From an uncultured bacterium (lineage in GTDB: Bacteria; Desulfobacterota; Binatia; UBA1149; CAITLU01), in NCBI GenBank assembly GCA_903893315.1, contig CAITLU010000024.1:5119-69118 (forward strand): DNA of 64,000 bases. The letters are read 5' to 3'. Position numbers and translations under genes: made by a program. Numbering within the stretch: the stretch's first letter is position 1; the number at the start of each line of letters is the position of its first letter. A model generated the notes under the pieces. The model saw only the letters and a list, made by a program, of their open reading frames with translations, ran no database searches and was not told the origin of the DNA. Shown one piece after another: positions 1-11,516 of this stretch.

Positions 1-1603
1 CGATATCACGATGGTGGTGCGGTTGAGCATCACGTCGCCAAGATGATCGATGATGCGGCTTTCGGTCGCGGCGTCGACGCTCGAGAGCGAGTCGTCGAGC
101 ACCAGGATGCGAGGATTGCGCGCGACCGCACGCGCAAGCGTCAGGCGCTGCTTTTGTCCGCCCGACAGCGTTACGCCTCGTTCCCCAACCGGCGTTTTCA
201 GCCCGGCCGGAAACTCGGCGAGGTCGCCGTCGAGTCCTGCGGTCTCGACCAGACCGTCGAGTTCGGCGGGTGACAGATCGGCGCGGCCGAAGCCGACGTT
301 ACGTTCTATCGTCGTCGAAAACAGGAACGGATCCTGGGGCACGAAGCCGATCGCGCCGCGCAGTGACGGCAGGTTCCAACGGCGCACGTCGATGCCGTCC
401 ACCAGCACGCGTCCGCCCACGGTATCGAACAGGCGCGGCAGCAGACAGGCCAACGTGGATTTGCCCGAGCCGGTGCGGCCGAGAATGCCGAGGCTGGTGC
501 CGGCAGCTACACGCAGCGTGATGTCGTGAAGGACTGCGGCGCTGTCGGCCTCACCGCCGTAACCGAAATCGACGTGTTCGAATACCACTTCGCCGCGCAC
601 CACCTGCGGAGCGTAGCCGTCGGGTTCGGCATCGTCGGCGGCAGGACTGGCGATGGCCGGCTCGGCGTCGAAGATCTCGCCGAGGCGAAGTACGGCGGCG
701 CGGCCTCGTTGCAGCAGTGCGACCATGAAGCCCAGCGACATGAGCGGCCACGCCAGGATCTGCAGGTAGCCCATGAAGGCGACGAACTGGCCCAGGCTCA
801 GGTGTCCTTTCACCACCTCGTTGCCGCCGTATCCGAGCACGATCACGATGCCGAGCGACGAAGCTGCACGGATGGCCGGGAAGATGCGGCCGCGCAACCG
901 TGCAACCGTCATCGCTTCGATTTGGTAGAGGTCGTTGAGAGCGCGGAATTCGGCTACGCGGGCTTCTTCGCGCACGAAAGACTTCACCACGTGGATACCT
1001 GCCAGGGTTTCCTGAGCGAAGGCCGACATCGTCGCGAGCTTTTCCTGGGTCCTGACCGTCGCCTCCATCATCGCGCGCATGTAGCGGCGCATCAGCACCA
1101 GGATGACCGGGAACGGAAGCAGCGCGGCTACCGTCAGGGCGGGGTCCATCCACACCATGATCGAGAACGCGTAGGCCAGATACAGCGGCGTATTGAGAAA
1201 GGTCAGGATGCCCGGCCCCAGCAGCATGCGCACGGCGCCGATGTCGTTGACCAGGCGCGACATGAGGTCGCCGGTTCGTTGGTGCTGGTAGTATCCCTGG
1301 TGCAGCTTGAGAAGGTGGTCGAAGAGGTCACCTCGCAGGTCGTACTCTACATCGCGTCCGGCGTTGAAGATCAGGATGCGTGAAATGGTTCTGACCACGG
1401 CCTGGCCGGCGGCCATGCAGACGATCAGCAGGGCGTAGTGTGTGACGAGCGCGACGCGCTCGGGCGCCGGTCCCACGGCGCCGATGGCGTCGATAGCTCG
1501 GCGGGTCAGTATCGGAATGGCCATCACCAGGCTGGCGGTGGCGAAAAGGCAGAGGCTCCCGAGCAGATAGCGCCAGGTGTAACGACGAAGGTATTTCCAG
1601 AGG
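1..1603 (-). CDS. ABC transporter ATP-binding/permease protein, MsbA-like exporter. Partial: the C-terminus runs off the window start; the start codon is probably the GTG at 1603.
   Basis: Reverse-complement translation of 1..180 gives ...VTLSGGQKQRLTLARAVARNPRILVLDDSLSSVDAATESRIIDHL..., i.e. the ABC signature plus Walker B. Further upstream on the minus strand a Walker A (GRTGSGKST) and a 6-TM exporter domain (VGRLWKYLRRY...) are readable. It is absent from the ORF track because it is truncated at the window edge. Confidence 0.85.
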
Positions 1604-1671
1604 CGGCCCACGAGTTGAAGCGTTCGTTTATATCCGAGGCCCGCGGGTCCGCCAGCGTCGCGTGGCGGCCG

Positions 1672-2691
1672 GTGCTGCTCTTGGCACTGACGGCGGCTGT
1701 CGGCGTATCCGGTTGCCGCGCTGCCTACGTGGCCCGTCTCGCCTACGAAGAGGTCCGCTACCTCGCCGGTGCGCGGCCCATCGAGGAACTGATTGCGCAG
1801 ACGCAGGATCCGGCGCGAGTCCAGGCGTTGGCGCTGGTACTTGAGGTGCGTCGGTTCGCGGCCGGCCGCGGGCTCGATCCCGGCAAGAGCTATCTCGAAG
1901 TCGCCGACACCGGTTCCGCCGCTCCCTTCCAGGTGGTGACGGCCGCCCCCGTCGATCGGCTCGAACCCTATACCTGGTGGTATCCCGTGATCGGAGCGAT
2001 TCCTTACCGCGGTTATTTCGACCGGGGTCAGGCCGAAGCCTTTGCAGCGAGTCTGGAAGCTGAGGGGCTCGACACCCGCATAGTCGAAGCTTCGGCCTAT
2101 TCGACTCTGGGCTGGTTCAACGATCCGCTGCCTTCCAGTGTGCTCGATCGCGGGCCGCTGGTGATCGCGACCACGGTGCTGCACGAATTGGTGCACCAGA
2201 ACTTCTTTGCGCCCGGCCAAGTGGCCTTCAACGAAACGCTGGCGACTGCCGTAGCGTACCGTCTGGCTGCGGAATTTTTTGACGGCAGGGGGGACGCTGC
2301 ATCAGGCGATCGCTTGCGACGCGCAAAGGCGGTGTGGCTGGCCCGAGGTCGGGAACTCGACGCGGGGGCTGTGTCACTCCAGACGCTGTTCGATCGCGCT
2401 CGTGCCGAGGGCTGGCCGCGCGAGCGTCTGCTCGCCGAGCGCGACGTGATTTATGGGAGCATCAAGGAGTCGGCGGCCAGGCAGGATTCTTCGTTCGCCG
2501 CCGCGCTGGCCGACGGCGGGCTTAACAACGCATCTTTTCTCGCCATTTATCGCTACGCCGAACGTGCGGCTCTGCTCGACGACTTTCTCGCCGGCCAGGA
2601 AGGGGAGTGGCTGACGGCGGCGCTGGCCCGTCTTCGCGTGCTCACCCAAAGCGGCAAGGACGCTTACGAGGCGGTGGCGAACCGGTCTTAG
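1672..2691 (+). CDS. Putative zinc-dependent aminopeptidase/metalloprotease lipoprotein (HExxH)
   Basis: ORF 1438..2691, with the real start probably internal. In-frame WRPVLLLALTAAVGVSGC reads as a lipoprotein signal with a lipobox. There is an HELVHQ HExxH motif, and the architecture resembles the predicted-aminopeptidase family. The start codon is uncertain (GTG near 1672). Confidence 0.6.
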   Translation: MLLLALTAAVGVSGCRAAYVARLAYEEVRYLAGARPIEELIAQTQDPARVQALALVLEVRRFAAGRGLDPGKSYLEVADTGSAAPFQVVTAAPVDRLEPYTWWYPVIGAIPYRGYFDRGQAEAFAASLEAEGLDTRIVEASAYSTLGWFNDPLPSSVLDRGPLVIATTVLHELVHQNFFAPGQVAFNETLATAVAYRLAAEFFDGRGDAASGDRLRRAKAVWLARGRELDAGAVSLQTLFDRARAEGWPRERLLAERDVIYGSIKESAARQDSSFAAALADGGLNNASFLAIYRYAERAALLDDFLAGQEGEWLTAALARLRVLTQSGKDAYEAVANRS

Positions 2692-2870
2692 CGCCGGTCT
2701 GAACGGCGGCCGGCGGCCGTTCGTTGCGGCGGGGATCGGCGTATCGCGGTTCGTGCCCCGCGGCGAGTTGCTCCGGCAGCGGTGCGCGCCTAAGAAACCA
2801 ACTGCTTCGCACGGGTCACTACGCCGCGGACCCGATGCGCAAAGAGACTCCAAGAAAAGGAAACAGCTAA

Positions 2871-3791
2871 ATGGCCACGCAAAGAGTCAAGGAAATTTTG
2901 AGTTGGTATGCCGGTGAGAACCCGGGCGTGCTGTCGAACCTGGCCCGCATCATGAACACGGGGAAACTGGCAGGCACCGGCCGTTTCGTGATCCTGCCGG
3001 TCGACCAGGGCTTCGAGCACGGCCCGGCGCGCAGCTTCGCGCCCAATCCCGCCGGCTACGACCCGCGCTACCACTTCCAGCTCGCCATAGACGCCGGGTG
3101 TAACGCCTATGCCGCACCGCTGGGTTTTCTCGAAGCCGGTGCCGCCGAGTACGCCGGCGATATTCCGCTGATCCTGAAGCTCAACAATCACGACTCGCTG
3201 GCGCCTGACGGCTCCGACCCTGCGCCGTCGGTGACCGGCGCCGTCGATGACGCGCTTCGACTCGGCTGCGCGGCCATAGGCTACACGATCTACCCGGGGT
3301 CGGCGCAGTTCCAGAACATGTACGAGACGCTCGCCGAACTGACCCGCGACGCGAAGGCTTGCGGTCTGGCGGTGGTCGTGTGGTCGTACCCGCGGGGTTC
3401 GGGCCTTTCCAGGGACGGCGAGACCGGAATCGACGTCACGGCCTACGCCGCGCAGATCGCCGCGCAGCTCGGCGCCAACATCATCAAGGTGAAGCCGCCC
3501 ACGGCTTTCGTCGAACAGGGTGAAGCCAAGAAGGTCTACGAAAAAGAGAAGATCGCCGTCGGGACCTTGTCAGAGCGCATCGCGCATGTGGTGCAGTCGT
3601 CCTTCGGCGGCCGCCGCATCGTGATCTTCTCGGGCGGAGCCAAGGGCGCCGACGAGAAGATCTTCGACGAGTGCAAGGCCATCCGTGATGGCGGCGGCTT
3701 CGGCTCCATCATCGGACGTAACAGCTTTCAGCGTCCCAAGAAGGAAGCTCTCGAATTCCTCGGCAAGGTGATGGCGATCTACAAGGGCTGA
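2871..3791 (+). CDS. fbaB: Class I fructose-bisphosphate aldolase (DhnA/archaeal-type family)
   Basis: N-terminal VILPVDQGFEHGP and overall DhnA-family aldolase features at 306 aa. It is followed by a strong terminator. Confidence 0.75.
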   Translation: MATQRVKEILSWYAGENPGVLSNLARIMNTGKLAGTGRFVILPVDQGFEHGPARSFAPNPAGYDPRYHFQLAIDAGCNAYAAPLGFLEAGAAEYAGDIPLILKLNNHDSLAPDGSDPAPSVTGAVDDALRLGCAAIGYTIYPGSAQFQNMYETLAELTRDAKACGLAVVVWSYPRGSGLSRDGETGIDVTAYAAQIAAQLGANIIKVKPPTAFVEQGEAKKVYEKEKIAVGTLSERIAHVVQSSFGGRRIVIFSGGAKGADEKIFDECKAIRDGGGFGSIIGRNSFQRPKKEALEFLGKVMAIYKG

Positions 3792-3823
3792 GCGGTCGGC
3801 GTTTCCAGCGCCGCCGCGCGAAT

Positions 3824-3866
3824 GAAAAAGGCCCCGTACCGTTGTTGGTACGGGGCCTTTTCTTTG
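3824..3866. terminator. Bidirectional rho-independent terminator between fba (+) and citrate synthase (-)
   Basis: GAAAAAGGCCCCGTACCgttgttGGTACGGGGCCTTTTCTTTG is a perfect 12-bp GC-rich stem flanked by an A-tract on one side and a T-tract on the other. Confidence 0.75.
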
Positions 3867-3904
3867 TTGCGCCGCCGCACTTTCGGTGCGACCTCGGCGG
3901 TGTA

Positions 3905-5236
<1,332 letters not shown>

Positions 5237-5374
5237 GGCGCAACTCTCCGTCTTCTCGTCTTTTCCTGGTGCGGCTTGACGCGACCATATCAAGGCAGCG
5301 CGACACTTCAATGAAGAGCAGGCCGGAGCGGGTCCGCATCGGATATTATTCGCGACGGGGTGTGACGCTTCGAT

Positions 5375-6025
5375 CTAGCCGGCGGAGGGCGTGCGCAGGA
5401 TTCCGGTCGTGAACATCTCCACGAGCGTGTCGGCGTGGGCTTCGACGTGTTCCGGAGAGAGCGGGTCGAAACCCCATAGCAGGTCGATCAGCGGTGCGGC
5501 GTCGAAGAAGTGCGGCACCGCACCGAGGAAGGCAAAAATCACGGACTGGATCGGCAGCTGTTTCAGGGCACCGCTGTCCAGGCCGGCCTGGAACATCATC
5601 TCGAGTTGTCGTGTCAGCGGACGCAGGTGTTTGTCGACCATCCATTCCAGGCGCGGGCTTCGCGCGGCGGACTCGGAGATGATCAGGCGCGCTACCTCGG
5701 GATGCCTGGCGTTGAAGTAGACGAAGCGGCGCGCCACGATGCGGACGGCCTCGTGCGGTTCCGACCGCATTACGTCCTCTTCGATGCCCTGGAGTACGGC
5801 CGTAAGGCGCCCGAAGGCCAACTCGACGGTGGCCCTCCACAGCGCTTCCTTGGATCCGAAATGGTAGTGGATGAGGGGCTGGGTGACGCCCACCCGGCGG
5901 GCAACGGAGGCCGTGGTCGCACCATCGTAGCCGTTCTTGGTGAATTCGACGAGCGAGGCCTCGAGGATCCTGTCGCGTGAAATCGTGGAGGATCGCCCTC
6001 GTTTGCTGCTGCTGGTTTCCGGCAC
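5375..6025 (-). CDS. TetR family transcriptional regulator
   Basis: N-terminal HTH ...RDRILEASLVEFTKNGYDGATTASVARRVGVTQPLIHYHFGSKEALW... is the classic TetR signature. It is divergent from the BNR-repeat gene. Confidence 0.85.
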   Translation of the reverse strand: MPETSSSKRGRSSTISRDRILEASLVEFTKNGYDGATTASVARRVGVTQPLIHYHFGSKEALWRATVELAFGRLTAVLQGIEEDVMRSEPHEAVRIVARRFVYFNARHPEVARLIISESAARSPRLEWMVDKHLRPLTRQLEMMFQAGLDSGALKQLPIQSVIFAFLGAVPHFFDAAPLIDLLWGFDPLSPEHVEAHADTLVEMFTTGILRTPSAG

Positions 6026-6256
6026 CGGTCCGCTCCCCCTGCCGATTTAATCGGCCCTGTTGATCTGTCTGGCTGTAAGTTGCTCGGTCTTACAGCATCA
6101 GCCACCCTTCTTCGGATCCCGCAATCCTCCAAAGGCTTCACGCATCCAAGAATCGCGACTATTTCGGAATAAGGCAATAAGGCAAGCTCCGGTGTTGCTG
6201 ATTCGCGCGGTAATTTGGCCGTTGTAGAGGTCTCAGGATAGGCTAACCTCTGTTCA
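6026..6256. promoter_or_regulatory. Divergent intergenic region (TetR <-> BNR protein), relatively AT-rich; likely promoters/operator
   Basis: The only clearly AT-enriched ~230 bp stretch in the first 10 kb, lying between divergently transcribed genes. No specific operator could be identified by eye. Confidence 0.3.
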
Positions 6257-7717
6257 ATGATTCGCTCAGCGTCGGTCCCCGTCCGTAACGTTTTACTCCG
6301 TCATTGGTTTCTTACGTTCCTCTGCCTGCCGGCATTGCTCGGGCTTGCGCCGCCGGCTCGGGCCCAGGTCGGGTTTTTCGGTTCTTCGAGCGTTCTGAAC
6401 GCTGGTGCCGACAAGGATCAGAGAAAGGACGAGGCGGTGCGCATCGCTGCAGACGGTCTCGGCGTGTGGGTGGCGGTGTGGCAGTCCGCAGGTTTCGGTC
6501 CCGGCGGTTGCGGACCGCTGGGGCGTGATGCCGACATCCTGTTCGCGCGCTCGGCCGACAATGGTTCGACCTGGACGGCGCCGGCTCCGGTAAGTTCGCT
6601 GGCCGGCGAGGACAAGGGGCAGGATGTCAGTGCGGCTCTGGCCACCGACGGGAAGGGAACCTGGATCGTCGTCTGGAGTTCGACGCAGGATCTTCACGGT
6701 CGGGACAAGAGCGACCGCGACCTTCAGTTCGTCGTTTCCACCGACAACGCTCTGACCTGGAGCGCGCCCCGCAATCTCAACACCAATGCCGAGCACGACT
6801 GGGGCGACGACGAAAGCCCCGACATCGCAACCGACGGCGCCGGCCGGTGGTTGGTGGTATGGCAGTCGACCGATTCCCTGGGGAATACCATCGGTGGTGA
6901 TCGCGACATCCTGGTGTCCAGTTCGAGCGACGCCGGCAAGACCTGGACCGCGCCGGCCCCGGTAGACAAAGGGGCCGCGCACGACCGGCGATCCGACGAC
7001 GCCCCCCGTCTGGCCACCGACGGGCACCGGCATTGGGTCGTCGCCTGGTCTTCGGGCGGTCCGACCGCCGACAACCTGCGCTACGACCACAACATCCTGG
7101 CGGCGACCTCGGCCGACAACGGGGTGACGTGGCAGGAGCCCCGAGCGGTAGTCGGCAGCGGGGACGAGGCCCGGCGGGATTGGGGGCCGCGTCTGGCAAC
7201 CGATGGGCAGGGGCACTGGCTTTGCGGTTGGTCCTCGACGGATTCGCTCGGCGGCCGCATCGGACTTGATCGAGACGTCTTGGCTGCCCGTTCCGATGAT
7301 AACGGTACGACTTGGACCGCGCCCGCAGCGCTGAATCGGGAGGCCGACCGTGATGTGGGCGACGACGGCTCTCCGGAGATCGCAACCGATGGCCGTGGTT
7401 CCTGGATCGCGGTGTGGACGACGTGGGACAATCGCAACAGGACCATCGGCTCCGACGGAGATCTCGTCGTTGCCATGTCGAGCGACAATGGTCAGACGTG
7501 GACCCCGTCGCGGCCGCTGAACGCCAACGCCGGCGACGACTACGCCGAGGATCTCAATCCCTCCGTGGCTACCGATCGCCGCGGTCTTTGGCTGGTGGCC
7601 TGGGATACCAACGAGCCTGCCGGTGGAGCCATAGGTTCAGATCGCGACCTGCTGGTGGTCAGCGGCCGTTTCGGTTCCGAAACCGCAGGCCCTCCCGCAC
7701 CGTCGCCCGCACGCTGA
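6257..7717 (+). CDS. Secreted BNR/Asp-box repeat protein (sialidase-like beta-propeller fold), six tandem ~75-aa repeats
   Basis: Signal peptide (…LCLPALLGLAPPARAQ). Six repeats each carry S-x-D-x-G-x-T-W (SADNGSTWTAP, STDNALTWSAP, SSDAGKTWTAP, SADNGVTWQEP, SDDNGTTWTAP, SSDNGQTWTPS) followed by a LATDG..W..VW element. Confidence 0.8.
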   Translation: MIRSASVPVRNVLLRHWFLTFLCLPALLGLAPPARAQVGFFGSSSVLNAGADKDQRKDEAVRIAADGLGVWVAVWQSAGFGPGGCGPLGRDADILFARSADNGSTWTAPAPVSSLAGEDKGQDVSAALATDGKGTWIVVWSSTQDLHGRDKSDRDLQFVVSTDNALTWSAPRNLNTNAEHDWGDDESPDIATDGAGRWLVVWQSTDSLGNTIGGDRDILVSSSSDAGKTWTAPAPVDKGAAHDRRSDDAPRLATDGHRHWVVAWSSGGPTADNLRYDHNILAATSADNGVTWQEPRAVVGSGDEARRDWGPRLATDGQGHWLCGWSSTDSLGGRIGLDRDVLAARSDDNGTTWTAPAALNREADRDVGDDGSPEIATDGRGSWIAVWTTWDNRNRTIGSDGDLVVAMSSDNGQTWTPSRPLNANAGDDYAEDLNPSVATDRRGLWLVAWDTNEPAGGAIGSDRDLLVVSGRFGSETAGPPAPSPAR

Positions 7718-7868
7718 TCGGTTCGTCGCTGCTGCAAGCTCCGCGGATACGCGAGCGGAGTGTTTGAAGCCTTCGTCGGGGTCGGATTAAGTGCGGCGCC
7801 CCTTGCGCGCGATATCGCACGACCGCGAGTAGTAGTGGAAGGGCAGCGGGGACGAGGGACCTTCATCA

Positions 7869-8885
7869 ATGGAACTGATCGGCGAATCGCTACGCGTTCA
7901 TCTTCTCGGCGTCGGCGGCAACAAGAAAGTCGAACAAGCGGTCGGCAACGTGCTGCTGGACCTGGCGACCGTGGCCAAGACCATAGCGAGCGAGGTCAAT
8001 CGGGCCGGACTGGCCGGCATTATCGGCAACGTCAACCACCGTAACGTCCACGGCGAGCAGGTCCAGAAACTCGACGTCTACGCGAACGACCTCATCGTCG
8101 CGTCCTTGCGCGCTTCGGGCAGCGTCTGCGGCATGGCCTCCGAGGAAGCCGAGGATATCATCGCCTCCTCCGCGATCGGCGAGAACTCCGAATACGTCGT
8201 CTGTTTCGACCCGCTTGACGGTTCCTCGAATATCGACGTGAACGTGAGCATCGGTACGATCTTCTCGATCTACAAGCGAAAGACCAGGAGCGGTGGTCCG
8301 GCCATCCTCGATGATTTTCTCCAGCCTGGCTGCAATCAAGTGGCTGCCGGCTACTTCGTGTACGGCACCAGCACGATGTTCGTCTACACGGCAGGTGACG
8401 GCGTGCACGGCTTCACACTCGAGCCTACGATCGGCGAATTTAGACTCTCGCATCCACGCATCAAGACGCCGGAGCGCGGCAAGATCTACAGTTGCAACGA
8501 AGGCCACTCGGCGACCTGGGACGAGGGCACGCGCGTTTACGTCGAGTCTCTCAAGACCCGCAGTGCCGGCACGGGACGTCCGTACTCGGGTCGCTACGTC
8601 GGTTCCTTCGTCGCCGACTTTCACCGCAATCTGCTCAAGGGCGGGATTTTCCTCTATCCCGCCGATCGCCGTGACCCCAAGCGTCCCGCCGAAGGCAAAC
8701 TGCGGCTCATGTACGAGTGCAACCCGCTGGCATTCATACAGGAGCAGGCCGGCGGCGTCGCGGTCGAGATCGACAAGCGCATGTTGGAGATCGTCCCGCG
8801 CGGCATCCATCATCGCGTGGCTCTGGTGATCGGCAGCCGCATCGACGTAGAAGAATATCTGGCCTGCCACGCCCAACACGTCTGA
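7869..8885 (+). CDS. fbp: Fructose-1,6-bisphosphatase class 1
   Basis: DPLDGSSNID metal-binding motif and overall FBPase class I layout at 338 aa. Confidence 0.9.
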   Translation: MELIGESLRVHLLGVGGNKKVEQAVGNVLLDLATVAKTIASEVNRAGLAGIIGNVNHRNVHGEQVQKLDVYANDLIVASLRASGSVCGMASEEAEDIIASSAIGENSEYVVCFDPLDGSSNIDVNVSIGTIFSIYKRKTRSGGPAILDDFLQPGCNQVAAGYFVYGTSTMFVYTAGDGVHGFTLEPTIGEFRLSHPRIKTPERGKIYSCNEGHSATWDEGTRVYVESLKTRSAGTGRPYSGRYVGSFVADFHRNLLKGGIFLYPADRRDPKRPAEGKLRLMYECNPLAFIQEQAGGVAVEIDKRMLEIVPRGIHHRVALVIGSRIDVEEYLACHAQHV

Positions 8886-8892
8886 GAGCCTT

Positions 8893-9340
8893 GCTGCAGA
8901 GGGTCCGCCGCGCCGCGGTGCGAGTGGACGCGGAGGTGGTCGGAGAGATCGGCCCGGGGCTGTGCGTGTTCGTCGGCGTCGGTCACGAGGATGGTGAAGA
9001 TGACGCGGCGCTTCTTGCCGAGCGCGTGGTCAACCTGCGTATCTTCGAAGACGAGGCCGCTAAGATGAACCGCTCGCTGTTGGACACTGGCGGTTCCCTG
9101 CTCGTGGTCTCGCAGTTCACCTTGATGGGAAACACGCGGCGTGGCCGTCGGCCTTCTTTCGTCGGCGCCGCCGAGCCGGAGCGGGCGGCGGCGCTGATCG
9201 AACATTTCATCTCTGTCGCGCGCGCGACCGGTTGTACTCTTGCTACCGGGCGTTTCGGCGCCAATATGATGATCGACATCGGAGCCGACGGCCCGGTGAC
9301 GCTGATGCTCGACAGCAAGGAAAAACGCAGTGCGTCGTGA
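8893..9340 (+). CDS. dtd: D-aminoacyl-tRNA deacylase
   Basis: LLQRVRRAAVRVDAEVVGEIGPGLCVFVGV...SQFTL...GPVT aligns along its full length with E. coli Dtd. The start is probably a TTG upstream of the track ORF (8717..9340), overlapping the fbp stop. Confidence 0.85.
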
Positions 9341-9809
9341 GGGGTTCTGGGCCATCGGTGGCTACAAGATCTCGTTTCGCCGTGACGGCTGTTGGTATGC
9401 CGACGAGGAGGTCATCGCGAACCGGCGTATTTCCAGGCTGTTTTCGCGACATCTGCGGGGAGACGGCGAGGGCGGATGGGTGATCGACGTCGGCATCGAT
9501 TGTCACCCGGTCACGGTGGAGGACACGCCTTTGGTGGTCACGTGGGTGGACGGCGACCCCGGCAGCGGATTCACCATCCGTACCAACGACGACGAGAGTG
9601 AAGTCCTCGACTGCACGAGTCTGGAGGTGGGCGAGGCGGAAGTGCTCTACTGCGAGGTGAATCGCGGTGAGCGAGGCCGTATGCGCGCCCGCTTCCTGCG
9701 CCCCGCCTACTACGCGCTGGCCGCTTACGTAGAACTCGAAGGAGGCCGTCCGGTGCTGCGCTGCCGTGGCCACAGCTTTCCCATCGGCGGCGCGGTCACG
9801 GTACACTGA
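9330..9809 (+). CDS. Conserved hypothetical protein, DUF1285-like
   Basis: Pattern ...ISFRRDGCWYADEEVIANRRISRLFSRHL...VIDVG...HPVTVEDTPLVV... recalls DUF1285. This is a family assignment from memory only. Confidence 0.5.
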   Translation: MRREGFWAIGGYKISFRRDGCWYADEEVIANRRISRLFSRHLRGDGEGGWVIDVGIDCHPVTVEDTPLVVTWVDGDPGSGFTIRTNDDESEVLDCTSLEVGEAEVLYCEVNRGERGRMRARFLRPAYYALAAYVELEGGRPVLRCRGHSFPIGGAVTVH

Positions 9810-9842
9810 CGCGATCTTCGCTCGGATCCCCGAGACCAACGC

Positions 9843-10295
9843 ATGCGCATCGTCCTTCTCGAACCAGAGATTCCGCAGAACACCGGTTCGATCGCACGTC
9901 TCGCTGCGGCTACTCAGACTGCTCTGGACCTCATCGGCCCGCTCGGATTTTCCCTCGAGGATCGTTACCTGAAGCGCGCCGGACTCGATTACTGGCCGTG
10001 GGTGGACCTTACCGTTCACGAAAGTTGGAACTCGTACGGCGAGGTTTCCCGTCCGGGGCGTCTGGTCGGCTTTTCGGCTCGGGCCTCTACCTCGTACACG
10101 CGCTGTGAGTTCCGCAGCGACGACCGTCTGCTTTTCGGCAAGGAGACCAAGGGGCTGTCGCCCGAGGTGATGGAAGGCCTGGGCAGCGAAGTGTACGCGA
10201 TTCCGATATCGAGTCCTCACGTTCGCAGCCTGAACCTCTCCAACGCGGTTTCCATCGTCGTGTACGAAGCGCTGCGTCAACTCGGTCTGGTCTGA
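9843..10295 (+). CDS. trmL: tRNA (cytidine/uridine-2'-O)-methyltransferase TrmL (SpoU/TrmH class)
   Basis: MRIVLLEPEIPQNTGSIARLAAAT...LKRAGLDYWPW...AIPISSPHVRSLNLSNAVSIVVYEALRQ is diagnostic for TrmL at 150 aa. Confidence 0.88.
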   Translation: MRIVLLEPEIPQNTGSIARLAAATQTALDLIGPLGFSLEDRYLKRAGLDYWPWVDLTVHESWNSYGEVSRPGRLVGFSARASTSYTRCEFRSDDRLLFGKETKGLSPEVMEGLGSEVYAIPISSPHVRSLNLSNAVSIVVYEALRQLGLV

Positions 10296-10426
10296 AGCGC
10301 GCCTCTATCGCGCAACCCGCTGGGACTTCCACAGGGTGAAGGACGCACGTGTCGGGCTTTCCCCGGCGGGCGCAGCGGTTGCGTCCCGCCTTTTGTTTTG
10401 CCGACTTCCCGCGTATAGCGCTCGCC

Positions 10427-11500
10427 ATGTACAGGAACTACTGGAAACTCTACGCCGTCCCGATGTCATTGTTCTCGGCGAAGATCCGGCCAGTGCTTCG
10501 CTACAAGAAGATTCCCCACGTGGAGGTCTGGGCCGACGCCAAGGTGATCCGCGAGGTGATTCTGCCCAAGACCGGCGTGGGTTTCATACCGGTGATCGAA
10601 ACCGACACGGGGGAAGTCCTGCAGGACACGCCGCGAATGATCGAGCGCATCGAGACGCTGCATCCGTACCCTCAGGTGCTGCCGGCAGATCCTGCCGTAC
10701 GCATGGTCGCCGAAGTCATTCAGGATTTCTGCGACGATACCTGCGTGCTGCCGGCGATGCACTACCGCTGGAGTTTTTCGGAACAACGCCAGTGGATCAT
10801 CGACGATTGGACCGCGGTGTTCGGCGCGTCGGCGATGCGCTTCGTCGGACAGATGTCGGGGGCGCTGCCGTTTCTCGGCATCACCGACAAGACCACCGGA
10901 GTCATCGAAGAATTCTACGAACGCCTGCTTGATCTGCTCGATGCCCACTTCCTGGAGCACCGCTTTCTTCTGGGCGACTCGCTCACGTTGGCGGATCTCG
11001 CGTTCATCGGAGCTTTCTACCCTCATCTGGGCCGCGATCCCGTTCCCGCCCGCATCATGCGCGAGCGTTCGCCGCGCGTGATGGCGTGGGTTCACGAGGT
11101 AAACGACGCGGCACCGCCGTCGCCGTGGGCCGAACCTCCCGAAGTGCACGAGACGTTGTTGCCGATCCTGGCCGAGATCGGTCGGGTATTCGTGCCGATG
11201 CAGATGGCCGTGAGCGCCTTTGTCGAGGAAGCGGTCAGCGCGCTCGCCGTCGGCGAAGAGGCTCCGCGCGTACTCGGAATGGTCGAGCAGAACGTGCTCG
11301 GTGTGCGCGAGCAGCGCATCGCCAGTGCCTACTCTGTGTGGCGTCACCAGCGCACCGCGCGGCGCTACGCGGTACTGCCCGAGGGCGAACGCACTGTGGT
11401 TGACGAGATTCTCGGCCCGGCGGGCGTTCTTCCCTACCTGCAGACGATTCCCAAGGCGCGCCTGGCGATGGATCGCTTCGTGTTGAAAGTCGCCGACTGA
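10427..11500 (+). CDS. Glutathione S-transferase-like protein
   Basis: An N-terminal thioredoxin-like GST fold (LYAVPMSLFSAKIR...IPVIETDTGEVLQDT) and a C-terminal helical GST domain (LGDSLTLADLAFIG). The start is taken at the internal Met. Confidence 0.7.
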   Translation: MYRNYWKLYAVPMSLFSAKIRPVLRYKKIPHVEVWADAKVIREVILPKTGVGFIPVIETDTGEVLQDTPRMIERIETLHPYPQVLPADPAVRMVAEVIQDFCDDTCVLPAMHYRWSFSEQRQWIIDDWTAVFGASAMRFVGQMSGALPFLGITDKTTGVIEEFYERLLDLLDAHFLEHRFLLGDSLTLADLAFIGAFYPHLGRDPVPARIMRERSPRVMAWVHEVNDAAPPSPWAEPPEVHETLLPILAEIGRVFVPMQMAVSAFVEEAVSALAVGEEAPRVLGMVEQNVLGVREQRIASAYSVWRHQRTARRYAVLPEGERTVVDEILGPAGVLPYLQTIPKARLAMDRFVLKVAD

Positions 11501-11516
11501 GCGGCCTCGTTTCGAC

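Noticed and set aside
526-1383. Plus-strand 285-aa ORF and minus-strand 200-aa ORF at the window start
   Set aside because: Both lie opposite or out of frame relative to the clearly real minus-strand MsbA-like ABC exporter, whose signature and Walker motifs are readable.
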